Shown: positions 39,051 to 51,840 of the stretch, piece by piece
Position numbering within the stretch: position 1 is the stretch's first letter
Layout: the number at the start of each line of letters is the position of its first letter
DNA from: Chiloscyllium plagiosum
Taxonomy: Eukaryota
DNA length: 64,000 bases
Direction of reading: 5' to 3'
Assembly: GCF_004010195.1 (NCBI RefSeq)
Contig: NC_057719.1
Span: 29,364,822-29,428,821, forward strand
The notes under the pieces: model-generated
Databases searched by the model: none
Seen by the model: the letters and a program-made list of their open reading frames with translations, nothing else
What the model was told of the DNA's origin: nothing
Program-made: the position numbers and the translations under genes

Positions 39051-40317
39051 TGTTGCCAAGTTTGGTAAAACAATTGTAGGTTGGGAGGCAGGACATTAGA
39101 ATTTGGTGTTTGTAAAATTTTAAATTGTAAAATGGGCAAAGCATTGCATGGTCCTTTAAAATATGGTGTTTTTCTGTGCTTAGAGATGTCTATGAGAGGC
39201 AGCTTGCGTTTGCCAGTACACAGACAGCCTGAAGTGAAACACTGTGGGAGGCGATGGCTGAGTGTTAATTCAGAGACTCATGTTTTGGGGACCCATGTTC
39301 AAATTCCACCATAGCAGAAAGCAGAATTTGAATTCAATAAAAAATAATTCTGGAATTAGGAGTCGCATGATGATATTGGATCCATTGTCAATTGTTGCAA
39401 AAACCCAATTGATTCACTAATGTCCTTTAGGTAAGAAACCTGTCATCCTTATCTGGTCTGGTCTACATATGACTTCAGACTTCAATATGGTTGACTCTTA
39501 ACTGCCTTCTTGGCAAATTAGGGATGGGAAATAAATGCTGCCTAGCCAACGACGCCCACAGAAAACAATTTGTACCGAAAGGCTGTACTGTTAGCAGGTC
39601 AAGCAACAGTTTTTTTTACTAAGATAACAGGTTTTTGAATTTAGCCAGTCAATTTGAACCAGGCATTTAGATACCAAAAACCTATTAAATTTAAATCTAA
39701 TGGTTCTGACAACATAGTATATCAATATTTCTTCAATACAATTGGTCCTATCAAGAACATAAAAGAAAGGGGGCAATTGGACAAAGACCCCAGAGCTAAT
39801 ATCTCTCAGCTCTCAAGAGAGAAATTAGTTCTCTCAGTCATCTATGTATTAGAGAAAACACTATCTAAATAATATCGGTACCAATGATGAAGAAGACATT
39901 CCTGACGGAAGAAACAATGGAAGAAGGCAGTAAACATACCAGAAGACATGTTACCTGGCTGTAATTCTGAGTGACTAAATTATATTTTTTGTTATATGAG
40001 TGGGATTTATATTTATTGGAACATTAAACCATTAGAATATTGTTTTATTCAGTAATAGTTAGTAGTTATAAGGGCTTTATTCAGTTTGTTAATAGTTTAG
40101 TTAATTTGTTCACTGTTAGAGTTAGATAAATAAATTGTTACTTGTTGATTTTTGAAGTGAGTGTCAGGGATTTGTTTTATTTAATTACTAGTAGGTTCTG
40201 AAAAGTAGATTACACCATTGTTCACACTCTTTACAAATGATAGGGTGTGGTGTTCCTCTTTGGGTATTTAAATGTTAGGTCTTAGAAGGCGGGGGGGTCA
40301 ACCTCCACTTTATAACA
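39051..40317. mobile_element. Probable solo LTR (TGTT...AACA, 4-bp TSD TCTG) inserted in a CR1 remnant and containing a SINE at 39241-39570
   Basis: TCTG at 39047-39050 and 40318-40321. The flanking CR1 endonuclease-region remnant (ORF track AILDLVLCND.GLI) appears to resume across the insertion. Confidence 0.6.
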
Positions 40318-40519
40318 TCTGCAACATACTTTTGTAACAAATAATCCCCGATACACTCTAGAAATTCTTCATGCTTCATATTACCCATACCCATGTCCAG
40401 TCGATATGCTGCTTAAAATCACCCATGACAGTTGTAATACTCTTCTTATACCACTCAATTATTTCTCGATTAAAGTTTGACCTAGAGAGAAGCAATTCTT
40501 TGAGGGCCTGAATAAAATT

Positions 40520-42365
40520 GCGAGCTCAGTACAGAGTTTAAAGGTAACTAAATGGAAAATGATATCCAACAAGGATTGGTGCTGGGACTGCTATTGTTTA
40601 CTATCTACGCTACTTAACTATGTGGTCTGCCTGTATTGCTCGCAAGACAAAGCATTTCACTTCGGTACACATGACAATAAATTCAATTCAATTGTTCACA
40701 ATTTACTTAAAAGATTTGGACTCTAGAATTAGAAGCACAATTTCAGGATATGCAGATAAACCAAATTGGGAGGTGAGTACAGAGGAAGACTGTGACAAAA
40801 TGCAGGAAACATGCAATTGGCAAATTCAGTTAAAAATAGATTGGTGTGTGTAGGACTTTTTGATAGGAAGAATAATTTGGCTGTGTCTCTATATAAACAA
40901 TTAATTTCAAAAGAGTAAAAGGAATAGAGTAATTTGGGAATGCAAACAGACACACAAATCAGAAAGAGTAGTCTAGATTAATTATCCCATAAAAATGGAA
41001 AACAGAGAATTATAGTTCATTCAATGAGAAATAAATTTGAAAAACAGAAAATTCATGTTAAACTCATCCTAAAATCTGAGGCATGCAGCTTCATTAAAAT
41101 AGATAAATGATCACCTCACATCAGGTGACAAGGTTGTTTCCTACATAACTGAACTAAATGTCTTGTCAATTTCTTGAATCAATTTGAATTAATTATATCA
41201 ATCTGTTATGCTATTTGATGCTGTCAACATTAGTAGTCATTCTGATTTTCAGCCTGCTGAAACAGCGGTGGGGAAGGAGCAGTAGGCAAGCTTTGGCTTC
41301 TGTATCTTTTCTGTAGGAGGTTATGGATTGTGAAAATTGATAGGAGGAGGGAATGTAGTTTGAAAAAATATAAATAAGAGATTGGGCAGAAGAGTGGCAA
41401 ATAAAGTATAATGCTGAGAAAAATGAAATTATCCACTTTGATAGGAAGAGCAAAATAGGCATATTTTTTAAATGATGAAAGACTGGCTGTTGATTTGCAG
41501 TGGAAATTGAGAAACTTCCAGAAAGCTATCATGGGTACAGTAAGCAGAAGGAAGGCAGCTGTTAATGTCTTTAATGTAATGGTTTTAAATATGACAGTAC
41601 ACTAAGGAAATTTACTGCAATCTTTATAGGATTTTGTGAGAACACATTTGAAATAGTTTTGGATTTTGTACCTAAGGAAGGATGCGTTTGCTTTAGAGGG
41701 GGTGTAACAAAGACTCACTAGAGTGATTCCTGGGATGATATTGTTGTCCCATGAGGAGAGATTGAGTAGAATGATTTTATCATCTCTGGAATTTGAAAGG
41801 GTAAGAAGTTATCTCATTGAAACATACATAAATATTTTAGAAGCAAAGACAGGCTAGATGCTGAGGGTCAGTTTTTGCTTTCTGGCTGAAGACTCTAGAG
41901 AACTAGGGGATCATTGTCTCAGGATAAGAGTAATAGTCAATTAGGACTAAAATTTATGAAAAATCTCACCATAAAGACAGTTTTCAAAAAATCCTTGTGT
42001 GGGATTGGGCACTGCTGGCAAATCCTGTCCTTGTTAAACTTGAGAAGATCTTCTTGTGACTCCTTTAAATTTAAACTCTGTGTGGCTTGAAGAACTTACC
42101 CCTGAGAACAGATTTGTATAAAAACAATTCATCACTTGGATTATTTCTTCAGCAACCTCTGGACTTGAAGGAGGTCAGAGGGCAGTGGATGTTCGGTAAG
42201 TGAGTATATTGAAGGATGAGATTGTAGACTTTCAGCTGTAAAGGAAATAATGGATATAGGCATAGGTTAGAAAATAGAGTACAGATTAAAGATCAGCCAT
42301 GACCTGATAGAACAGAGCAGCACACCTAAAGTCTTAGATGGCCTTCTACTCCAAATTCTTATGTG
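40520..42365 (+). mobile_element. Cluster of old CR1 RT and 3' fragments
   Basis: Remnants PQGLVLGL.LF.IY, LFTIYLKDLDS.IRSTISGYAD, and later EERLSR. Confidence 0.65.
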
Positions 42366-42910
42366 TCAAATTGCAGGCAAGATAATGATGTTGTTTTTCC
42401 TTTAGTTTGCAAGATTTTAATTTGAAGTAATTGGAAAAGTTCACATTTGAATTATTAATTAACTTAATGAAGTATACCCAGTTAAGAAAAGTATCAGAAA
42501 AATATCGTAGGTGATTTCTGTCTCAAGACCTTAAACTGTTTCAGGTGAGACTTTTGTTCTCAAAGATCTTATTCTCTTTCATTCTGTCATAACACTTACT
42601 AATGAAGAAAAATAAATTTTACTCACCAAAGTCATGTCCTACTTTAAATTAAATGTTGCAACTGCCACTCAGTTGGTTACCAAATGGTTGAAGTGGAGGT
42701 GACAGTCTTGATTCAAGTATAAAAATGATCTGTTCCAATATATCTGATTGTGCTGTTGACAATTGCATTTTAATTTAACAAGAAATTAAGTAATTAGTTC
42801 CTTATGTCTGGTTACTATTGTAGGATTATTTATTGTCCCTGACTTTTCAAATCACAAATTTCGCTTTTAAGTCTTTGAAGAAAGGCTACTTGACTAATAT
42901 CTTTAAAGAG

Positions 42911-43097
42911 TGGCACTGGAAAAGCACAGCTGGTCAGGCAGCATCCGAGGAGGAGGAAAATCAACATTTTAGGCATAAGTCCTTCATCAGGAATGACAAT
43001 CCTGATGAAGGGCTTATGCCCGAAATGTTGATTCTCTACTTTTCCAGTGCCACACTTTTCAACTCTGATCTCCAGCATCTGCAGTCCTCACTTTCTC
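42911..43097. mobile_element. Older family-A palindromic element, 17-bp target duplication with 2 mismatches
   Basis: CTAATATCTTTAAAGAG (42894-42910) versus CTAATACCTGTAAAGAG (43098-43114). Core CTGATGAAGGGCTTATGCCCGAAATGTT at 43002-43029. Confidence 0.85.
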
Positions 43098-45409
43098 CTA
43101 ATACCTGTAAAGAGGAAAATCTAACATAGACAACTTTTTATAATTGATGAAGAAAGTGTTTCAAGAGCAATTGCATAAAAACAGAACTTAATTATGACCA
43201 TCAGTTATGAACATTTTTTTTTCTTCCCTACTTAGTTGCTTTAATGCAAAATTACCGCAAGTGCTATTTCCTGTTATTAAATTTTTGTTTACTTTTTTAG
43301 TAAACTTGCTTGGCATATAAAGTGTACATTATATTTCAGAGTAAAAGTTTCTTTACTATATCTCAAAGATAAGGAGGATTCTTTATGTGCATCCAGTAAA
43401 ATCTGTGGCTGAAGTAATCTACAAAACATGATTCATTATCTTAGATGATCTAGATATCATGGTGTGTAATAATCACTTGACTACTCAGAGGCAAAAAAAA
43501 CGAGAGATTTCCTGGAGTCCTGGTAAACATTTATCTTCTAGCCAATCCATGTAAAATAATTTAATTGGTTTGACACTGACAGTGAACTAAGACTCATTTT
43601 ATGTTTTGAATGACCAGAAAATTTAAACAGTAAATGTACAAGTGAATTAAAGTAGAAAATAACATATTTGAGTTTTAAATCAAACTAGCTGTATGCTTAA
43701 TAGGGAATACATTTCTCATAACTTTGAAGCTCAAACAGTTTATTTGGCCATTCACTGTTTGTGAATCCTTGCTGTGCACAAATTTCACTACATTTCATCA
43801 GGGACTACATTTCAGAGGTACTACAGTATATTAGTTGTCAAAGGCATTATTTTAAATGCAAGATATTTTCTTTCTTAATTTTCCTATATCCTTTCATTAA
43901 CTACTTAATTTCTACCTCTACAACATGAGTCAGCTTTGCTCCTAGCTCAAACTTGCCACCATTGAAATCCTCAAGTACGCCTGTTATCTTTAGAACCAAT
44001 TATTCCAAAGATTCTCTTTTTGTATCCCGTCTCCTATCTGCTGTGAATTCTAGCCTGGCTGAAAAGCAACCATCTCTAACTCATCCTACATTTGGTCCCA
44101 TACACCATTCCATTTGTCCCTACTGACTTACATGAGCTCCTTATCTCCCAAAATGAAAAGTTTCCATGTTAAAATATCTTTACGGCATTGAAAGCTGTAA
44201 GTTGAACTGAATAACAAAAAATTATTTCTGTTGCAGATTTCTTACTGTATGTGTAAAGTTTACTGTATGTGTAAACTTGCAACAAAAACTCCAAATTTTA
44301 ATCCAATCTGAGAATGGAACTTTACTGCTCTATTGCCTTTGAGAGTTATTATCTATCTTCATATTATTAAAGATACATTGATTTATGAAAATAAAAACTA
44401 CATTTCTTGTGCTGAATAAAAAGACAAAGAGGGATATGTCACTGTGTTCTTTTATAAAATTTCCTTCTTGGGATTTGAGCATTATTGCCAAGGCCAACCT
44501 ATCCCTAATAAAACTTACATGTTAGTATTATATATTATATTATTACTGATTTATTTTATTATGTTTAGTTTACAGTATATAAAGATAAACTATTTCATCT
44601 AACGAATGAATACAGGACAAGTCATAATGTTACATATAGGAGTGAAATCAGGCAGTGATATCAACATCAAGAAGTTCAGTATAATGGTAAGCAGCTGGAT
44701 TTGATCAGCCATCATCTACTTGAATGGTGCCAAAGGCTCAAGACACTGAATAATTTACTTCCATACCTCCAAGGCAGAGACATGGATGTTACAGAGTCTC
44801 CAAGTGTGCACAACTAGTGATGAGAGCCAGTGGCAACAAAAGTCATCTTAAACTACTTGTTTAAAATGAAGCAGATAAGAGCACTACCGTGTTCTGTATA
44901 CTAGACCTTAGTTAATTCCTATGTGGAATACGGTGTCCATTCTCTCACATGCTTGAAGATGCTGGAAAAGATTCTTAGGAATTCACTAATAACTAACTTG
45001 AAAATCCTAAGCTATCACAATACGTTCAGGGTCTTAGTTTGTTTTATTCTAGAAGAATGTTCATCTGGATGGGTTATTTGAATTAGATAAGTCAGGTAGA
45101 AATAAAGAGTGCGTGCATACAAATTACGTAAATATAGCTTTACATCAGATGTCAGGAGATTCTTCTTTTCCCAGAGGGTTATTCGCCTTTTGGAAAATGC
45201 TGCTGGCATTAGCAGGTGCTACTGGTTTATAATAAATGCTCATAAGGGAACTGGACATGTTTCTGGAAGAAGCCGATGAAGCTGTATTCAGAAGGTAGGA
45301 TGTTGGGTTATTTTTATCTTCTGAAAATAGCTTTTGATTGCCTTGGGGATAGAAGAAGAATATTCAAAGGCTATTTTCCTTGAAATAAAAGCAAAATACA
45401 GGAAGTGAA

Positions 45410-46150
45410 CACATGGACATATGAACAAGGAGCAGGTGTTCAGCTTTTCAAGACTGCTCTGTCATTTAATAAGATCATGGCTGATCTAATTGTAAGCTCA
45501 AATCTACAAGCCGTCTACCCTGTTATATAATAGAATAGAACATTCTTTTATTGTCACATGTACTCCATTGTAGAAGTACAGTGAAAAGCTTTTACAATGT
45601 CTTATGGCATCATCTTAGGTACAAGTACCTAAGTACAAATCTTGGACAAAAGAGAAATAAAAAGTAGTTGCATTACTTTAAAATATAAGTTAGAAATAGT
45701 AATTAGTAATCTCACGCTATTTATTACCAAGAATATATCTTTGCTTTAAAAATATTCAAAGACTCGGTTTCAATCATTTTTCAAGAATAGATTTTCTACT
45801 AATAATAAAATTTTGCCTCATCTGTCTTAAATTGGTGATCCTTATTTTTACACAATGACCCCTAGTTCTAGATTCTCCTATAAGAGTAAACATCTCTCTA
45901 CATCTACTTTGATAAGACTCCTTAGGTTCTGATATGTTTCAATCAAGTCACTTCTTGCTCTTCACAATTCATGGTTAGTGTGTCCAACCTTTCCTGATCG
46001 ACAACCTGCTCATTTCAGGTATTAGTCCGGTAAACCTTTTGTGAAATGCTTACTATGCATTTACGGCCTTCTTTAAATAAGATGATTAAGACTGTACACA
46101 ATATTCCATATGTGGTCTCACCAGTGCCTTATATAAAAGAAGCTAAATAA
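45410..46150 (-). mobile_element. Old CR1 3' fragment
   Basis: Reverse 3' tail (catatgaacaaggagcagg...aagatcatggctgatct) and RT C-terminal remnant. Confidence 0.65.
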
Positions 46151-47374
46151 CCTTATTGAAACTGTGGAACAGATAGCCATGTTTTTTCCTAACCTCTACC
46201 AGATGGCTTGACCATAAAAGCCGTCCGGCAGATTTTTTTTATTCTCATGAACAGCTTAAGTTTTTTTTCAAGTTTAAAGAGTATGGAAGTTTTAAAAGAT
46301 CATAACACTTCAGCTTATTTCATCTGCCCATCAAAAGCATCAAGTTCACTACATCAAATAATTACACATATGCTGGATTAAGGTTCTTGGAACAACCAAA
46401 ATTGTTTGTTTGAACTCAGCATGAAGTTCAAATGGCTTTGATGAAGTTTAACTAAAATTTGACGGAATGAAATAGGGGCAGGACCTCTTCATCTGGTTCC
46501 TACATCACATTTTTAAATGTATCCAGAACTTTCTATTCCCCAGCCCAACATTCCAGGTCAATGGATTTTCAGCAGAATTGGGAAAAGTCTGAAAATATTA
46601 CAGCTTTTGAATGAGACAATGCGTGGGGATAGGGAGGCCGAGAAAAATAAGCAAAAGGAAGGTCCTTGGTAGGGTGAAAAATGGATTTTCCTTGAATAGG
46701 TTTAATATTTTTCCTCTTTTGTCTTGGAGATTTCATGACTGCTGGTGGTTGGTGATGTCAGAATGATATCTAATTTCAAAGTAGTTGAAAACCTGCTGTT
46801 TTATTTTCTGTCCATTTTTGTCATATGTTCGTATCTACTCTTTATATGCATTTTTTCCTGAAATTATTAACTTATGATAAGGTAGACAATGTCACATATC
46901 CACAGCATTTTCAGTAACAAACTATTTTTCACACTCAGTCATGGAAAACAGTGTTTGATTATATAAGGTATCTCAACTGAGCTAGGTCTTGTTACATTGC
47001 ACTCCTAGATGTTAGAGAGAACTGGCTGAGATAACCAGAGCCCTGATCCATTCTTTTCCCTTCCTCCCTTTAGTTTAGGCTTTTAAAGGCAAATCTTGGC
47101 ACTTCATCACCAATCTAGTTATATTCAGCACATTCTAGAAACTAACCCAATTCGACAATGTATCACGTAATGTGCACTTAATCATCATTGTTTAAAATGA
47201 CTGGAACCTTTGTGGTTTCAAAAAGCAGACAAGCTAATTTGCCATCAACAGCAGTCTACTCTCTCAGACCACTTTGTATTGATTTCTTCCACTCACTTCC
47301 TTAACTCTCAGATCACATGAACAATGCTATATTCGATGCTCTCATGGTACCGGTGCTCAAGATTTTTTTTGTTT

Positions 47375-47667
47375 TAGATTTAGATTAGATTAGATTAGAT
47401 TCCCTACAGTGTGGAAACAGGCCCTTCAGCCCAACAAGTCCACACCGACCCTCCGAAGAGTAACCCACCCCCCTCTGACTAATGCATCCCAGCACAATCG
47501 ACAATCAATTCACCTGACCTGCACATCTTTTTGGATTGTGGGAGGAAACCCACGCAGACATGGGGAGAATGTGCAAGCTCCGCACAGACAGTTGCCCGAG
47601 GCTGGAATCGAACTTGGGACCCTGGTGCTGTGAGGCAGCAGTGCTAACCACTGAGCCACCATGCCGC
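47375..47667 (-). mobile_element. HE1-like V-SINE with (TAGAT)n tail
   Basis: Reverse complement of the 1034-1335 family: ggcatggtggctcagtggttagcactgctgcctcacagcaccagggtcccaagttcgattcc. Confidence 0.92.
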
Positions 47668-49852
47668 TTTTTTTTTGTTCTGTAAGCAAAGTTGTTTGTG
47701 ATCAAATAATAATGAAAACTGGTTACTACTATACTTCATTGTATTAATATAAATATGTTTCGATTATATAAAACAAAAACCCTGTGTTTTAGAAATTTCT
47801 CTTTGTTAATAAATGCTTGTTACTAATGAGATCTGTCAAGAGAAATTCAGTATGAGTATATCTTATTTGGAGCTGTTTTTCCACTGTTAGCAATTTTTAA
47901 AATCATATCTCACTTTAGTGTCTGCATTAAAGTAAGGTTTATTTTCAAGACTTGTTAAATCATGGCCATTTCTAGCAGTTTGGAATGATATAAAATCCCA
48001 TATTTCAAAGTAATTAATTTTATCTGAAGCACATTTGATATGTTTAAAGAAGCACCTAAGACAAAGCTTGTCCTTCAATTTTCTCCCCTTTGCTGACTCA
48101 TGTTGAAAAACCAGTTCTGCAGACACAAGTCACTCACTTTTCCTTTACTTTTGTTGCCAATTGAAAGTTTAAAATGAGAGTTTCTGCCAATTATTCAATC
48201 ACGTATGTCTGAAATGAATCCAGCCCTGCATTACACTATGCCTCTTTATCCTACTCATTTGACTTTAAATGTTTTGCTTATTTTTATGTATACTTAACCA
48301 TGCATTAGCTATTCACACTTCTTTTCGGACTGAAAAGGCCACAGTTATCACTTGTTTTTCCTTATAACTCAAACCTTTTACACTAGAAGTCAGCCTCTTA
48401 GTTGCATTGCCTCTATAATGCTTGACTATCTCTTTTGTTTCTGGACATGTAATTCCAGTTGTAATAAAAACAGAAAATGGTGGAGAAACTCAACAGGTCT
48501 GTGGAGAGAAAAACAGAGTTAATGTTTTAAATCTGAAACTATTCAGTTGTAATCTGGCCATAGTACAGCTTAACCATAACATTCTCTGCTGTTAAATGTT
48601 ACTGTTTAGTTATTTCAATAAGCATCCTATTGACATAGTCCTAATTGCTGCTCTTCATCAATTGGACTTATTTTGTGTTGAATCTAATGCTTAAAGTCCT
48701 CTGGGCTTGATGGGATGCATCCTACAATATTAAAGAAAGTAGCCACAGAGATAGTTGATGCATCGGTAGTAAACTTCCTGGAATTGTTATATTCTGGAAA
48801 AGTCCGAGAGGATTAGAAAACTACCAATGTAACACCTTTTGTTTCAGAAATAAAGAAGGAGATGGAAAACACAGGTAACATTAGGCCAGTTAGTTAACGT
48901 CAGTTATTGGGATAATGTTAAGGATATTATAAACATAAAAACATAGAAAATCGATACAGGAGTAGGCCATCTTAGTATCCTGTTCCCGCTTTTTCACCAT
49001 ATGCTTTGATCCCTTTAGCCGCAAGAGCAACATCGTCTCTTCAATATATCTTAATGAACTGGCCCCAACACAGAACTGACATGTGAGTTATTCTGAAAGC
49101 AGCTTTGATGATACGATGTTTTGGCACTGCCCACTTGTATGGAAGAAGGATGGAAGAGTGTGGTGCTGGAAGAGCAGAGCAGGTCAGGTAGCATGCAAGG
49201 AGCAGTAGAGTCAACATCTCGGGCATAAAACATAACAGCACAGTACAGGCCCTTTGGCCCATGATGTTGTGCCAAGCATTTATCTTAATCTAAGATCAAC
49301 CTAACCGACACACACTTCAATTTACTGCCGTCCATGTGCTTGTCCAGCAGTCACTTAAATGTCCCTAATGTCTCTGACTCTATTACCACTACAGCAGTGT
49401 ATTCCACGCACCTACCACTCTCTGTGTAAAGAACCTACCTCTGACATCTCCCTTGTACTTTCCTCCAATCACCTTAAAATTATGACCCCTCGTGACAGCC
49501 ATTTCTGCTCTGGGGAAAAGTCTCTCGCTATCTCCTCTATGTATGCATCTTATTACCTTGTACACCTCTATCAAGTCACCTCCCTTCGTTTCTCCAGTGT
49601 GAAAAGCCCTAGTTCACTCAACCTCTGTTCATAAGACAAGCCCACCAATCCAGGCAGCATCCTGGTAAATCTCCTCAGCACTCTCGCTAAAGCATCTACA
49701 TCCTTCGTATAATGAGGCAACTAGAACTGGATGCAATATTCCAAATGTGGTCTAACCAGGGATTTATAGAGCTGCAGCAAAAGCTCGTGGCTCTTAAGCT
49801 CAATCCCCCTGTTAATGAAAGCCAAAACACTATATGACTTCTTAACAGCCCT

Positions 49853-50281
49853 GAGAAAGTGAGGACTACAGATGCTGGAGATCAGAGCTGAAAAATGTGT
49901 TGCTGGAAAAGCGCAGCAGCTCAGGCAGCATCCAAGGAGCAGGAGAATCGACGTTTTGGGCAAAAGCCTTTCTTCCTGAAGAAGGGCTTATGCCCGAAAC
50001 GTCGATTCTCCTGCTCCTTGGATGCTGCCTGACCTGCTGCACTTTTCCAGCAACACATTTTTCAGCTCTGATCTCCAGCATCTGCAGTCCTCACTTTCTC
50101 AGGGCTGTTAAGAAGTCATATAATGCTGGAAATCAGAGCTGAAAAATGTGTTGCTGGAAAAGCGCAGCAGGTCAGGCAGCATCCAAGGAGCAGGAAGAAG
50201 GGCTTATGCCCGAAACGTCGATTCTCCTGCTCCTTCGATGCTGCCTGACCTGCTGCGCTTTTCCAGCAACACATTTTTCAG
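49853..50281. mobile_element. Tandem pair of family-A palindromes (49853-50100 and 50123-50281)
   Basis: Two inverted-repeat units separated by an inverted copy of flanking CR1 DNA. Intact hammerhead core at 49976-50003. Confidence 0.92.
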
Positions 50282-50872
50282 TTCTTAACAACCCTATCAA
50301 CTTGGGTGGCAACTTTGAGGGATCTATGTACATAGACCCAAGATCCCACTGTTCCTCATCACTGCCAAGAATCCTGTCTTTAACCCTGTATTCAGCATTC
50401 AAATTCGACCTTCCAAAAATGAATCACTTTGCGTTTATCCAGGTTGTACTCCATCTGCCACTTCTCAGTCCACCTCTGCATCCTGTCAATGTCTTGTTGT
50501 CGCCTGTAACAGACCTTGACACTATCTACAGCACCACTGACCTTTGTGTCATCGGCAAAATTACTAACGCACCCTTACACTTCTTCATTCAAGTCATTTT
50601 TAAAAACTACAAAGAGCAAAGGCCCAAGAACAGATCCCTGCGGGACATCACTGGTCAACTACCGCCAGGTGGAATATTTTCCATCCACTATCACTTGCTG
50701 CCTTCTTTTGGCTAGTTAATTCTGTATCCAGACAGCCAAATTTTCCTGTATCCCATACCTCCTAACTTTCCGAATGAGCCTACCATGGGGAATCTTATCA
50801 AATGCCTTACTGAAATCCATATACTTCACATCCACTGCTAGACCTTCGTCAACTTATCTTATCACATCCTCA

Positions 50873-51840
50873 CAGGCATAAAGTTCACCAAGGAGGAAGA
50901 AACCGACAACAAACTCGCATTCCTGGACGTCACAATCGAAAGAACGGACAACAGAGAACTACAAACCTGCATATACAGAAAACCGACAAACACTGACCAA
51001 ATACTTAACTACACCAGCAACCATCTCAACCCACACAAACGAAGTTGTATCAGAACACTATTCCAATGAGCACCTCACACTGCAGCACAGACGAACTTCG
51101 GAAAACAGAGGAGAACCACCTATACAACATATTCAAGAAGAACGAATACTCAAAACATACAGTCCGCAGATTCCTCAAGAACAAACCAGGACAAGCAAAC
51201 CAAACAGCCAGAAACCCTAACCACCTTACCATACATCAAAGAAGTTTCAGAAATGACAGCCAGACTAATAAGACCCCTCGGAATCCTAGTAGCACACAAA
51301 CCCACCAACACTCTCAAACAAAAACTAACAAACTTAAAAGACCCAGTACAACCCATGGACAAAACCAATGTCGTCTACAAAATTCCATGCAAGGACTGCC
51401 ACAAACACTACGTAGGACAAATAGGAAGAAGGTTAGCCACCAGGATACACGAACACCAGCGAGCCACAAAAAGACATGACCCTCTCTCCCTCGTAGCCCT
51501 ACACACGGAGGAAAAAAACCATTTTGACTGGGACAACACATCTATCCTGGGACAGGCTAAGCAAAGACATGCCAGAGAATTCCTAGAGGCCTGGCACACC
51601 AACCACAACACCACAAGCAAACACATAGATCTAGATGCTATCTATCAACACCTCAGAAAACGAACAGGAAATGACATTACCACAAACCCCAGGAACCCCA
51701 TCCAGGACAAACATATAAATAGAAAGCAGGAGACAACAGCTTCGCTTCACTTGGAGGTCGCCACTGATGATGTTATCTAGCCAGGTAATGAAACGTCTGG
51801 ATATCAAACCTACAGCTCAGCAAGCAAATCTACACCCTAA
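50873..51840 (+). mobile_element. 5'-truncated Penelope-like retroelement: RT thumb, GIY-YIG endonuclease and 3' hammerhead
   Basis: IKFTKEEETDNKLAFLDV...IYRKPTNTDQILNYTSNH, then VVYKIPCKDCHKHYVGQIGRRLATRIHEH...REFLEAWH. ATCCTCA is duplicated at 50866-50872 and 51841-51847. Confidence 0.95.
51761..51800 (+). ncRNA. Minimal type I hammerhead ribozyme motif at the PLE 3' end
   Basis: CCA-CTGATGA-T-GTTATCT-AGCC-AGGTAAT-GAAA-CGTC-TGG: stem I CCA/TGG, 7-bp stem II with G-U pairs, palindromic ACGT stem III, GUC triplet. Confidence 0.8.

Noticed and set aside
28951..50715. Recurrent ORFs such as MCCWKSAAGQAASKEQE and MPETSILLLLGCCLTCC as a small-protein family
   Set aside because: They are translations of the non-coding family-A repeat in several frames and on both strands.
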